DNA of 64,000 nucleotides from Camelus dromedarius (Eukaryota), in assembly GCF_036321535.1 (NCBI RefSeq), contig NC_087437.1:33358001-33422000 (forward strand), read 5' to 3'. The position numbers were made by a program, and so were the translations under genes. A model generated the notes under the pieces. That model ran no database searches and had not been told where the DNA came from. It worked only from the letters and a program-made list of their open reading frames with translations. Below are positions 1-12,616 of this stretch, in pieces (position 1 is the stretch's first letter; every line of letters starts with the position of its first letter).

Positions 1-109
1 CTTAGAATAAGAACAGTCACTTGCATAGCACTTACTATGTGCTATGCCCTGTTACAGCCTATGTAGATACACTTTTCAAATCTTCACACAAAATATGGAA
101 TGAATGAAA

Positions 110-760
110 TGAACAAATACTTAATGAGTGCCTTCTGTGTCCCAGGTCCTGTACTCTTGCTGGTAAGCCAAATGGTGAGCCAAAAGGACACATTTTCTAC
201 CTTCAGGGACTGCAGCCTAGAGAGGGAAGTGACAAGGCTCACCTAATCCCACCAATGAATGTGAATTTCACTGAGATGGAAGCCATGGAGGAATGGACAT
301 GGTGCCATGCAATTGTATGCTGGAGGGGGATTGCTTTTCTGGGAAGTAATAACTGAGCTGAGAGATGGAAAGGTGTGCATTGATTGGAGTAGAGGAGTGA
401 GATGCCAGAGGGAAGAGCTCGAGCCAGTTTCCTGTGGCTGGAGGAAGCAAGGTGAAGTTCAGAAACTGAAAGGTCAGGATGGCTGGAGGACAGAGAGCAA
501 AGGAGGGGCATGTTATAATGTGGGCCAGAGCCCTGTAAAGCTCAAGAGAGATTTTGGTCTTTATTCTGAGAACAATAGGAAGTTGTTAAAAGATTGTAAT
601 TAGGGGAACAACAGGACCAGATTTCTGTTACTGTGGCTGCAGTGTGGGAAACAAAAGGGAAGGGGCCTGAGGGGAATGAGGAGACCAGTACAGACAAAGA
701 CTTAAATGAGCAAGTTGGAGAAGTCCAAGTTAATGAGGTAGATGACTCTGCTGGCAAGAT
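110..760 (-). mobile_element. L2 LINE fragment
   Basis: aacaaatacttaatgagtgccttctgtgtcccagg...ttggtctttattctgagaacaataggaag resembles the reverse complement of the L2 3' region. Confidence 0.75.
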
Positions 761-1419
761 TTGCCTTTGTAAGGCTTAGGTATTTGTCTTCCCAGTCATG
801 CTGTGGGCTGTCTTCCAGGTGCCATCCAGTGTCTGACAGAAAAAAATCAATTTTCTAGACACATATGCTTATGACCCAGAGACAGAACATGGAAATGCTG
901 AGCTCATCCAGGATGCTATTCTGTTATAAATCTTAGAATGCCTGAGATAACTCCTCTCTTGGTGCCTTTTTAGCCCCAGGCGTCCTGCAGGACCTAACTT
1001 TAAGTTCATCTCTTCCCTGATTTCTTTTCCCAGCACTCTGCCCTCTTTGATCTCTCCTTTTCTGAACTCCTATTGGATTTTGTAATCTATTTCTATTTTG
1101 GGCTTTGCAAGGTCAGCGCTTAGAGTCTTTCCTGCAGTTTGACTGCCTGCTGTCCCCAGGTGAAAATACCTTTTTATGACCTCATGTTCCAACAGCTGGG
1201 TTCTCCACAGGGAATGTTAACAGCAAGGTATAGCAGCATCCATTTCCACTAAATGATACCCAAGAACAATTGGCATCAGACTTACTTTTATTGGAATTAC
1301 TTTTATTAGAATCATGGAACAAATATACTATCTTATATGAATGACCTTTGAACTTAAGTAGATAATTACTACTACCATTGAGATCTAAGCTTTTTAAAAA
1401 AATTTATTTTAACCCCTTT

Positions 1420-1522
1420 TAGTCTGTTCTCCATGTTGTAATCTGAATACCTAGAAAAGTGCTTGGCACGTAGTAGTAGCTCAATAAATGTTTGATGAAT
1501 GAATGAATAGATGAATAAATGA
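1420..1522 (+). mobile_element. L2 3' end
   Basis: cctagaaaagtgcttggcacgtagtagtagctcaataaatgtttgatgaatgaatgaa, the typical L2 terminus with TGAA tail. Confidence 0.8.
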
Positions 1523-1524
1523 AC

Positions 1525-2040
1525 TTTCTACATGTCAAGCACTGTTCTAGGTGCTTAACTTGGTTAATTTCTCTTAATCTTTATAGCACTCTAGGAGCTG
1601 AGTTTATTATTATCCCTGTAAAGCAGTGCTGCCTAGCAGAAATATAACATAAGCCATGTGTGGAATTTCAAATTTTATGGTATAGCTACATTTAAAAAAT
1701 TTTTTTTAAAAAGTAAAATCAATTTTATAGTATATTTAATATATCTAAAATATTGTTATTTGACATGTAATCAATATAAAAAATAGTAATTAGGTATTTT
1801 ACATTTTTTTTTGTGCTAGGTCTTTGAAACCCAGTGTGTAATTTCACAGAGCGCATCTCCACTCAGAGTAGTCACATTTCTAGTGCTCAATAGCCACATG
1901 CAGCACCTGGCTACCATATTGAACAGCAGAGTGCTAGAACTTAGGATGGTTAATGAGCCCAAAGTCCCAAGTTAGCAAGTGGCAACCTGGACTTTAGATC
2001 ACTTGGCTCTCAATCTGTGACCTTAATGACATGCATGCTA
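1525..2040 (-). mobile_element. MIR SINE interrupted by a hAT element
   Basis: MIR-like sequence at 1525-1620 resumes at about 1936 (ggttaatgagcccaaagtcccaagttagcaagtggc). Confidence 0.6.
1624..1931. mobile_element. hAT-Charlie non-autonomous DNA transposon (MER33-like)
   Basis: cagtgctgcc... start; ends ...gtgctcaatagccacatg...gctaccatattgaacagcag; about 310 bp. Confidence 0.8.
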
Positions 2041-2747
2041 TTCTCTAATGAGCTACACTTGAGGGCAGACTTATGAAGCACCTTAGATATAATCAGGCAA
2101 CTTCTTAACCCTTAATCAGTATCAAATTTCAGTCAATATAAATAACCTGGTAATTCTCTGAGACATGAATAGAAGGTAGTTTACCACTTTCTGCTGAATC
2201 TTTTCTCTATTGGCCTCCTCTGGGGCTTGCTGCCTGATCCAGGACTTGAGGCCAGCTTGCCATCAAAGCCCTTCCAAGGGGATGCCTCCGGCGTGATTTC
2301 TCTGTGATAGGTACCAATGGTACCAATGATCTGTTCACTTTGCTTAGATTGTTGGGAGGAAAGGAAAGCATGGCCTTTATCTTGCCCAGTCCTGCCTGGT
2401 CCTGATCACTGGATCCCTGCCTGGTTCTCTTTGGTTCCCTGACTGTTTCTTGTACATAATGATCAAATTGGAAGGGAAAGAAAACTACATAGTTGCCGCA
2501 TGAGTGCCTTTTCCACCAGGAAGAAGTCTTTTCCTATCGTTTTGAATTTAGAATGGTGTGATTTCCACCTTTAAGCTGAATAATTCTTTGTCAACGATTA
2601 TAACCCTGGATGCCATACATTAGTTTGGACAAAGACTACATTTGTAAAGGGCGATCTTATCTTTTTATTTTTATTTTTTTCTGGTACAAATTAGTGCTTA
2701 TATTTTGCAGACATAGAAGTAATTATCACCTCTACCATTTAGCACTC

Positions 2748-3288
2748 TGTCATTGTTCAGCTTTCTGTTGCTGTGAAACAGACTACCCCAAAAATTAGGG
2801 ACTTAAAACATCCACTTTATTTAGTTCATGGTTTTGTGGGTCAGGAAGTTTGAAAAGGGTCAACAGGGTGTTTCATCTCATGGCCGAGGAAACATCTGCT
2901 TCCAGGATATCTTCTTCACCCACAAGTCTGGTGCCTCAGGACTTCTCAGCCTCTTTTTCTTTCCACATGGCATCTCATCTGCCAGGATTTCTCCAGCATA
3001 GCTTGGGCTTCACAGAAGGGTAGTTCCATGGTGATTGCTGTTCTTATGTGTGACTGGCTTCTAAGAGGTAGGATGCAGAAGCTACTGGGCCAGTTAAGGA
3101 CTATGTTTGGAACTGGCACAATATCACTTCTGCCATATTTTGTTAGAGCAGTTACCAGGCCCAACCAGATTCAAGGGGGTGGAGAAATAGATTCCACTTC
3201 TTGAGAGGATATGTTAAGGTCATGTTGCATAAGAGCATGTGGGGTGGGAAATATTGTTGTAGCCGTCTTTGAAAAATGCAGTCTGCCA
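2748..3288 (-). mobile_element. ERVL-MaLR solo LTR (MLT1, probably MLT1H-like)
   Basis: ttgctgtgaaacagactaccccaaaaattagggacttaaaac...gattcaagggggtggagaaatagattccacttcttga. Confidence 0.8.
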
Positions 3289-3682
3289 GTTATATGCCAT
3301 CTTGGATGGTGTCCATTTGTCTCATATATTTTCTGCCATTGCAATTACAATCATCTTCATATTGTTTCTTGTTTTCTATAGAGGCCACAGCCCTATAGTT
3401 AGCACTAACTAATTATTGTTGATTTGCCAATAAAGCATCCAAGATAAATTAATATTTGAAATTTTAGGAAAAAATAAATACCTATTTATACCTGACATGA
3501 AAACTAGTTTTTGCCAAATGGTTTACTTAGTTGTCCAAATTTGTTTTGTTTTTCCCTTAGCATGCCTGCCCTTCTCAATACTTTCTAGATCATCCTTCCA
3601 GACTCATAGTTATCTCCTCTATGAGGTCTTCTCCAGTTAACTCAGCCTGTGGGATCTATCCATTATCTTTACCCTAGCCATT

Positions 3683-4151
3683 TGTGCTGATTATAAAGAT
3701 ACTTGCTCTCTGCTCCAAACCTGCTCTTCTATACCCTGCTTTGTGATATTGAGCTGACATCCTGCAAACTAGATTTTTCTTTTGGAGATGTCTTCCTATT
3801 AGGTTCCACCAATAGAACACAATAGAGGGAGATTGGAAGGTAGGAATGAGAAGGAATGGACCTGCTTCTTCCTGTTTGCTTGCTCTTCCTGCCCAGTACT
3901 CAGCAATGCTTAAGGGGTCTAGGTCTCAGCTCCATGCATTCTCTTTTACAAGTTATCTGTTATCCCAGCTTTTTCCCTTGTTTCTCCAGCCCTAGGGATG
4001 GTAGCCACTTCCTGCAGTTATTGTATCTGTGTTACATCAGCATTCCCTTTTTGTTTTCACCACCTTCCAACACCAATTTCTTATATTAAATTCTTTCTGT
4101 TGAAATACCTAGAGTGATCTCTGTGTTCCTGACTGGACCCTGACTGGTACT
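3683..4151 (+). mobile_element. ERVL solo LTR (LTR33-like)
   Basis: ttcctattaggttccaccaatag...tattaaattctttctgttgaaatacctagagtgatctctgtgttcctgactggaccctgactggtac terminus. Confidence 0.75.
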
Positions 4152-4214
4152 CTGTCCAGACTCCTGATTGGATAATTGTGTACTGCTTTGTGACATGTTA
4201 TATAGTTGCCCTGA

Positions 4215-4380
4215 GCTGTTATTTACTATTTTCCCATGTTGTCCTTGCTTTCTACTTTATATTTTAAACTCTTTGAGGCAAGAGACCATATCTTACAGTT
4301 ATTTGTGTTTTACGTGGTGACCTTTACTTAGTGAGTGTTCCTGGCTCATAGTAAGTGTGTAATAAATGTTTATCAAATTT
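4215..4380 (+). mobile_element. L2 3' end
   Basis: aaactctttgaggcaagagaccatatctt...cctggctcatagtaagtgtgtaataaatgttt. Confidence 0.65.
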
Positions 4381-5076
4381 TTTTGTGGAGTTGGCAATCA
4401 AGGATAGCAGATATGGAGTCCAAGGCAATGGTCAGGGCAAAGGCATTGATTGCTTATAGGGATGGAGATGTTTCCCAGCCAAGCTGTTATTAATTGTGAG
4501 CTGCTGGTGGATGGGACACAATTATAGGATGGTTGTCCTGGGGTTGTAAGTTTGAGAGGTCACATTCTGTATCAGCTGAAACCCTTTAAACCAATATTTG
4601 AAAACACTGGGTTCCTTGAAGTAATTTTCCCTTCCAGTTGAAGCATTTCTGGTTGACAGACACCTAGGCTACTGAAGTCTCATGTTTTATTTGTTCAGAT
4701 TAGTTTTGAGAATAGCTTGTCTTGAGTGCACCCCTCACCTAGGTTGTGAAAATTGAACTTATTTAAGTAAATTAAGGTATTTAAATTTGGACTACTGAAG
4801 TGGATGTAGGATGATTTTTGCTTTGATGTTAGTGATACTGTCCTAATGTGAAATTAAAGAATAAGGAAAAACTCTTTACAGTTGTATTTAATGATCTTCT
4901 TTCAAGACATTTGTGATTGTTTATGCTTCAGCATTTTATGGTAAAGTGGAAATTACTTTGTTAAACTGATTTCCATCTTTCCCTCAAGCAACCTAATACT
5001 CTCTGTTTTGTCAGAGTATAATTTATCCATAATGTTGTTTTCCTGTGTTGAACTTTCAAAGCCTGTTTTTTTTCAG

Positions 5077-5102
5077 CCTCTCATATATTTAATGGAGGAC
5101 AG
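5077..5102 (+). CDS. Candidate 26-nt internal exon (microexon) of an unidentified large + strand gene; may be coding or UTR/start exon
   Basis: cctgttttttttcag|CCTCTCATATATTTAATGGAGGACAG|gtaagt: polypyrimidine tract + CAG acceptor and a perfect CAG|GTAAGT donor. Two frames are open (PLIYLMED[S/R]; xSHIFNGGQ). Flanks 4.4-6.4 kb lack recognisable repeats. Gene not recognised. Confidence 0.5.
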
Positions 5103-6454
5103 GTAAGTCCTACCTGATTCTTGACTTGCTCTGCTCACCTCGATGTGAGTTTTAGTAATGTATTTAGTCAGGTGTCAGTATTTGGATAATGGAGATTTCT
5201 GTGACACCTTTTACTTTCTTTTCCATCAAACAAATGTGTTAATTAATCTATGACATTTGATCACAAGGTAGAGACCAACAGAATGAACCTTTCTTATTTC
5301 TTTCTTGTTCATGGTTCTTGTCTAGACATATGTGTCATTTGGAGAAGGATTAATGACCACATTAGCATCAACACTAATTGCAAGCCCAGTCACCTGATGA
5401 GGTGCTTCTCTGCTGAGGATCAAAATAAGCAGATAAAATTAAAAACTCTAACCCATATGGCTTTCTTGATATTAAAAAGTACAGATTTAATAATCTGTTT
5501 CTTAAATTTGGTACTATTTAAGGATCATGCTTTGTTTGTTTCATTTTGTTTTAATTAGGTTTTAACTTGAGGAACTACGTGCATAAAACTGTCCATGAAA
5601 CGCAACTGATTACCAGTTGTCACCATTGCAATTTTATGCAGTTGACCACACAATCATCTCAGCACTTCTTCTTTTAGCCCAGAAAGCTGATTCATTTTTT
5701 GTGTTCATAAATAATCTCAGTGCCTTAATGATGTTTAGTGCTCTCTGATTTTAGGGTCTGTTTTAAAATAAATCTAATTCATTAAATATTTAGAGTGCTT
5801 ACACAGATGTTTGTGAATCAGAAGTTAGTAGTGTTTCCATGGAAGAATAAATCAAGGCACAGAAGGAAAGTCTATGGGCTGTTTTAAAGTTAAGAAGAGA
5901 TGCCTTTATAGCTTTCAAAAGTGTTTGAAAATTAAATGTTTGATTTATAAGGGCTGTGTACACACAGGGCTCAAATTATTCATGTATCATTTAGAAAATG
6001 TAAAATGTTTAATGTTCTGACATTATGTGATCATTGCTATTCTAATGTATAGTGTCTACTAAATCTTTCTGGAAGCGGGTGAGGGTGGCATTGATATACA
6101 GGAGCACATGCTTCATGTGCTAGTAAATCTTTCTTCCATTGAATTAAGGCCAAGGAGGGAGCAGTGAGTGGAACTTAAAGTGATATTACAGTATCTGGTA
6201 CTGTTCTAATCAAGAAATATGTAGCAGTGCTGGTGAAAAATGGGTAAAAACACACAAAAATCCACTAAGGTGACAATGCAGTCAGAAATTTATCAATGAT
6301 GCTTTTTGGTAAGGCTTCCCAGAATCATGGTCATGACTCAGTAGAGTTGCCTTTCAAGGTTGATGCCATCTTAATTCTCTCTTTTCTTTTGGTACCCCTC
6401 TGATGACACGCATTGAATCACTGCTCTTTGTGGGTGTTTATTCATTAATGAGTT

Positions 6455-6610
6455 AGAGTCCTCCTATCACTAGCCAGCTGGGTGAACTTGAACATGTGGC
6501 TTCATTTTCTAAGCTTCAATGTCCATGATAGTCACAGCTATCTTGTAGGATTAATATGGATAAATGAGGTAATTCATGTCCACATTCAGCCTGGGGCCTG
6601 GCACACAGTC
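6455..6610 (+). mobile_element. MIR SINE
   Basis: cagctgggtgaacttgaacatgtggcttcattttctaagcttc...ggcctggcacacagt. Confidence 0.65.
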
Positions 6611-7264
6611 ATCCCTTGGTGTGGCTGTGTCACTCTTAACCTTTTGCAGATGCCTGCCCACAGCTATTTTGACAAAGAGTGAAAGGGTGCATTGTGAAAG
6701 GGACTAGGGAGAGAATAATTTAACAAAATGGGTAATTTTATCCCCATAGTTCAGTGTAGCAAATGGAACTCTCTGAGTAAGCGTGAGAATGTAAGAGGCC
6801 CAAATGTAATGTGTATAGGAACTCGTTGGCTAATTCCAGTTCTTTTTGAGTTGTGGAGGGGGACTCCAGGTGCAGTGCTCTGGGCTGTCTTGGGGAACTC
6901 AATTTCTGCCCTTGACAATATAGAGCTCAGTACACAGGGGAGAAGAGCTCCTTAGCACAGTCACCCTCTTTTCTTAACTGGAGACAGGCAGGAAATCTCA
7001 GTTGAGGAAGGTGATATATGAATGTGTACTGGGGGTGTGGGGCTGAGGAGTGGGAGGAGACAAATTAGGCTAGGCACTCTATGTCAGTGTTAGGATGGTG
7101 AATTCATTAAGCATCTTCAAGAGCTAACTATATGAGGAGTATTTACTCTGTTAATTACAGTACAGGAGAAAACTCAAAGATGGGAAAAATCATGGATCCC
7201 TTGTTCTTGAGGATCTTGTCGCCTAATGGCAGTAGGTTCTGAGAGTTTCCAGGAGACAGGACAT

Positions 7265-7292
7265 CACACACACACACACACACACACACACG
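7265..7292. repeat. (CA)n microsatellite
   Basis: Seen directly. Confidence 0.95.
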
Positions 7293-7480
7293 CAGATGAA
7301 ATGACCTACCTGGCGTCATGACACTACTCAATCCATCCGGATTTCTTTGTGCTCCTTGCCCCTTCTTTGTCCTTTGGTGCCAGGACTGTTGACACCCTAA
7401 CTTGTTGATCTAGGCTGGTGCTAGAGGAAGAGGGACCCCAGACTCCAGTGGAACTGCGGTTACTGACAGGCCCCCTAAAA

Positions 7481-7930
7481 CAAGTGGTTCTCAAACTTTT
7501 TATCCTTGGGACCCATTTCCACTCTTACAAATTATTGAGGACTTTGAACAGCTCTTGTATATATGCTGTATCTATTGATATTTACCATGTTAGAGATTAA
7601 AATTTATTAATTCACTTAAAATAGTACCAATAAATTCATTACTTATTAACATTAGTAGCATTTTAAACAAAAAATAATTACATTTTTCAAAACAAAATTT
7701 TGGAGAGTGGCATTGTTTTACTTTTTTTCCCTTCAAATCTCTGTAATGTCTGGCTTAATAGAACACAGCTGGGTTCTCAGATGGGCTTCTGAACTCAGTG
7801 CATTGTGATCTCACACATTAAGTTAGCTCTGGAAAGCTCTGTTGTACACTCGGGAGAGAATGTGAGTGCAAAAGGCAAATAACATCTTAGTATAAACGTG
7901 AAAGTAGTTTTAACCTCACAGACCTCCTGT
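7481..7930. mobile_element. hAT-Charlie DNA transposon (MER119/Charlie1-like)
   Basis: caagtggttctcaaacttttt...actcttacaaattattgaggac...agagtggcattgttttac...aatgtctggcttaatagaacacagctgg. Confidence 0.75.
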
Positions 7931-8024
7931 GATGAAGGCTGGAAAGATACTCCTTTAGCTAATCTTAAAGGAAGGAAGAAGGGGTGTTATCACCTTATAG
8001 TTTGGGGACGATCAGAAAGCTGGC

Positions 8025-8250
8025 AGGCAGTGTCAGGGCTTGGGAGTAAGTCTGTGACTCTAGAATCACTGCCCTGATTCTCCCACTTACTAGCTGTGTG
8101 ACCTCCAAATTATGTAACCTCTTTATGTCTCGGTTTTACTGTCTTTGAAATGGAGTTCGTGATAGGATCTGCCTCTAATAGACGTTGTGAGTCCTAGTGA
8201 GATAATGTAGGCAAAGTGTTTAACTAATAGTAAGTGCTCAATCTTAGCTT
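8025..8250 (+). mobile_element. MIR SINE
   Basis: ccacttactagctgtgtgacctcc...taacctctttatgtctcggttttact core; ends tagtaagtgctcaat. Confidence 0.8.
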
Positions 8251-10524
8251 TGTTTCTTTGGTTTTTATTACTATTAAGGTGCCAATTCATTATGAGCCTG
8301 TTTCCATATCCACCAAATGAGGCAGGTTTAGATGGTCCTAAATGTCTCGCCCAGTTTAAATATTCTTTGATTTTGCTCTGAAGCCTTCCTTCCCCATGTT
8401 AGAGGTGAGAAGTGGGGGGAGATGTATATAGTTCTAAGGTGAGAAAAGCACTTATTTTTCTATTGTTTTTGGTAGTTAACTGCTCTTCTCTCTCCCCTGC
8501 TCCTGCTTATAAATCTATTAAAAACTTTCAAGGGCTTAAAGAATAAAACAGTGAAAAGAATTGTTGTTTCCTTGGGAAAAATTAAATTTAGCCCTTTCAA
8601 TTGGAGCCAATACAGATAGCAGAGCAAACAGAAATTTAAAATTTGTTTCCAGGTCCCATGGTGGTTTCAGGTCAAAGTCATAATAAGGTTTATCTCATGT
8701 CTAAATTTAATTGACGGGTAAATGAAATGATGCTGAGAGATCTTGCTGACTCATCAGTTTACAAAAATACATAGAGTAGGTAATAGACTTTTAATAGAGG
8801 AGGAAATTAAGGAGTTTGGATTCATGGAACAGGGGTAGAGGAGAGAAAACAAGGGTGAAAAAGCAGTTTGAAAAGGCAAACATTAGACCTGCAGGTTGAT
8901 TGAGAACCCAGATCAAAAGAAATCAATACAAATGCTTTGGTTTATTTTTTTCCCCTCGGTTTTCACTTAAGTACTAGTCTCTAATACAGTGAAAAGCAGG
9001 CGCAAAGCATATTAGAAAGAAGATAAGACAAATGGTCTCAGAAGTAATAGGAAGCACAGCATGTGTTGCGTGCTGCTTTGTTTAAATTTACTGGAGCCTT
9101 GCTATGGAGCCCTAGGGAAGGCATGAAGATTTGCATATGAGGACTTTATTAACGGGGGATTCTTAGAGGCAATCTTGAGAACATCACAGCTGAAGCACTG
9201 TTGCTTGCTGTGGGCACACAAGGGCAGTGCAATAGCAAGCCTTGACTTCGGTGTGAAAAATGTGCTGGAATCCAAATCACAGAAACTTGTGTTGATAGTA
9301 AAAAATAATATCACGATGACAAACATCATGGAATAATGCGAAAATTTTACACTTAGTGATGACTGTCAGGATAGCAGCTTTAGAATTCGTAGATAGAATT
9401 GTTTACCTGATAAAAAATTATGTCGGTAATTTGGATATTACTCATACTACTAGAGTGATGCTTAATGTTAACTTTTCCACCGAAAGCCTTGGAATACATT
9501 TTGATACAATAATGGAAAGCCTGGGCTCTTGCAGGGTGAGAACCAGCAAACTGCTTCTGAGAAAGAGGGATGTGTTTATGCTCAAAGAGGAAGGATAATA
9601 GCTATAATCAGATAGAATAGGAACTCTTTTATTTGTGGTAATCACTGGGAAAATAAATATTATTTTTCATCTTTTTGAAGAATACGTAGATCTGAAGGAG
9701 CCCAATCTGGTTTGTTGCCATTTGCAACCTGAAATCATTATCTCTTGACCTTGCCCCATATGGAACTAGAAGTCATCCACTTGGAACTTGATTCATTATG
9801 AAAGCTATTAGCTGCCTGAGTCTCTCTTGTCTGCTCCAGAAAGTATATGGAAAAAGTCCTAACATGGCAGAGGGGCACAAATGCACCACACGGGGGCTTC
9901 TATTTGTGCTGAGCAAATAGGTTCCTGATTCTGGCCCTAGACAGTTCGTGCTTTGGCAGGTGCGTGCCATGAGGACTGTGTCTGGGATCAGGCATCCAGC
10001 CTGGAGCCCATCTGATTGGCAAGGGGGAGGTGAATGGTGAGAGGAGCAGGAACAAGTTTTCTCTCTGAAGGACTGAGTGAGTCGACCTATGTGGTAGACA
10101 GACTTCTGTTGATGCCATTAGAACATGCCTAGCATTTTCTGGACACTTAGTAGGTGCTAAAGTAACAGTTTGAAGTCCTCAGATGGTACAGCTGAGCAGG
10201 ACACACCCGTGTAATATGTTCCTCTGGTGATTAATTCAGAGAAAAGGCTGCAAACTTGTTTCTTTTCTCTGTTTACACATTGTGCAATCTGCTTCAGATA
10301 GAAAATGATGGCGTTTAAATTCCCATACTGTCTGTCTTTTGTGTTAACTGTCACTTTAGTAGAGCTCTGCTGAAACAGGAAGGATGGTGAGGGTGTCCAC
10401 TGCCTTGAACCTGGTGGAGAGAATTGAGGGAGGAGGGTTCCCAATATTGACTTCAGCGTGGATTTGTGAAAGTGGCTTGACTTCTCTGTCCTCACTTTTT
10501 ACCTCTAAGATATGAGATGCTTCC

Positions 10525-10950
10525 CTGTGGGAGAACATTTCTAATGCTCACCTCACCCATATTTAGTTCTTTTCACCTTTTGAGTGTGAGAGGTTTGCAC
10601 TTCCCAACCCATTTTGCAGTTTGGTGGGACCATGAGGCCAGTACTGGCCAGTGAGTCGTGGGCAGAAGTCATGTGTGTCATTTCCCAACAAGAGAATTTC
10701 AGTGCCAGTGGGAGACCTCCAGCTTTCTCTCGTCCATGCTGCTGCAACCAGGAGTGTTCCAGACGGTGGCACCTCCATCAGCCTGGGTACCAGTGAGAAG
10801 ACAGGGAACAGAGCTCCCTCCTCACCTTCTCCTGTACCACCATCAGTGCCTGCTGGACATACAATGTGAACAAAGAAGAAAGTTTTGTTTCGTCTCTGGG
10901 ATGTGAAGGCCAGTTGTCACCACAGCATAACTTAATTTATTCACTAATCC
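10525..10950 (+). mobile_element. ERVL-MaLR solo LTR (old MLT1J-like)
   Basis: ctggccagtgagtcgtgggcagaagtcatgtgtgtcatttcc...ctccatcagcctgggt...gttgtcaccacagcataact. Confidence 0.75.
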
Positions 10951-11020
10951 ACGCCCATTGCTTAATTCTTAAACATGAGAATTATTTTATTAGTTTGTAT
11001 TCTTTTTTTAGTACACAGGC

Positions 11021-11218
11021 ACCTAGTTCTTAGACTTTAGAGAACATCAGAATCATATCCTGCTGGTTCAATTTGTAGACTTCTGGGCCTTATTTCCAGA
11101 GATCAGACCTCAGTATCTGGTGAGAGTTCCTAGGAATCTGCTTTTTTTTTTTTTTTTTAAATAGGATTTTTGTGTGATTCTGATTCAGGAGGCAAGACCA
11201 CACTTCATGAAGTGCTGT
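11021..11218. mobile_element. hAT-Charlie MER5-like element
   Basis: gttcttagactttagagaacatcagaatca...ctaggaatctgc...gattctgat...accacactt...agtgctg. Confidence 0.65.
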
Positions 11219-12616
11219 AAATCTGTATTATGCTATAAAGACCCTGTCTATTATTTCTCAAGTTCTCCTAGAGAGACATGTTCAGATATTAGTAAAAGGT
11301 TAAAAGCATTTAGGGCAGGAATAAGTATAATGAATATAAAGTTCACCAGCTCTGTTTCAAGGCTGTACGAAGCAGAGATAAAGTGAAGACACAGAAGTGG
11401 TGATTAATAGACCTGGCCACTTTCTAAATGAGAATTCTAAAGATTGTAAGTCATTTGGAAATTGAAGTGATGACCTGGAAAACGAGTCACAATTAAGAAA
11501 TATCAAGTCAGAAATGGATTTGAAGAAGTAAAAGTAGAAAACAGTGGGACAGCTCCCCCACAGTTGATTTGAGAGGGAGCTGGAGAGCAGGAGCTGGGGG
11601 CCTTAGAAGACTCCGTGGGAAAGAGCAGGGGGAGGAGGAAGCTGTGTCTGACCCCGCCATGGGCTCTGGGCCTCACTCAGCATCTTGATGCGGTACTGCC
11701 GGTTCCCAAGATGATGGTTTCCTAAGGATCCAGAGACGTGTTTTTTGACTCTTAGGAGGTGGGTTTTATTGAGTTCACAGAAGGAATTTGCTCGTCTAAA
11801 TTTTGAAATTAAACCCTTTTTGTTAAAATGATGATTTTATTCAACCTCCATCCACCCCAGCCACCTATCATGTCTCAGAGTTGCGTGAGCCTTCTTCGTC
11901 ATCTCATACATACATGAGTATCATCTCATACTGGAGAGATGACAGACCTGTGAAGTTCACAGCATTGCACCAGTTCCATAATTCTGCTTTTGGCAGCATA
12001 AAATCATTTAGGGGCCCTCCCTCTTGCTGTTTATCATGGGCGGTGGGGTGACTACTCACAACTACTCAAAGCAGCAGTGGAGACAGAGCAGGCAGGGTAG
12101 GGTGTCCCCAGGCCATGTAGTCCACTTGAACCTGTGGGGTCTACTTGCTTTACAATTATGTGTCTAGAAAAGAACCAACTGCCCATAGCAGGACCATCCA
12201 TAAGAAATGAGAGGGGCTTTTCAGGAAGTGGGTAGAGGGAAGCCAGGGCAGTACCCATCTAGGACATTAAATCAAGGAAAGAGCCTGGCAAAAATAAAGG
12301 TGGTTCTGCTGGGTGATATTCGCAGTGTCTGGAAATCATGGTCGTACACACTGAGCAGCTCATCTTCCCCATCCCTGCTGTCTTCAGGAAAAATCACACG
12401 GACTCCACTTGTCCCCACTGTGACTGATAGGCTGCTCACTCTGTCCTTGAGTAATTTCTTTTCCCCTGCAAAGTTGCCTTTCCTGTTCCTTATAAACAAA
12501 TTTTATTTGTATAATCATCTGAGAAGAGGGAGTCGAAGCAGTGGGTGGCAGAATTTGCTTGAGTTCCACTCTGAGTGTTAGCCTGGGTCCTTCATTCTGC
12601 ACCCCCACCTCTACCC

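Noticed and set aside
10553..10906. Five overlapping 60-82 aa ORFs
   Set aside because: They lie within an MLT1 LTR; chance ORFs.
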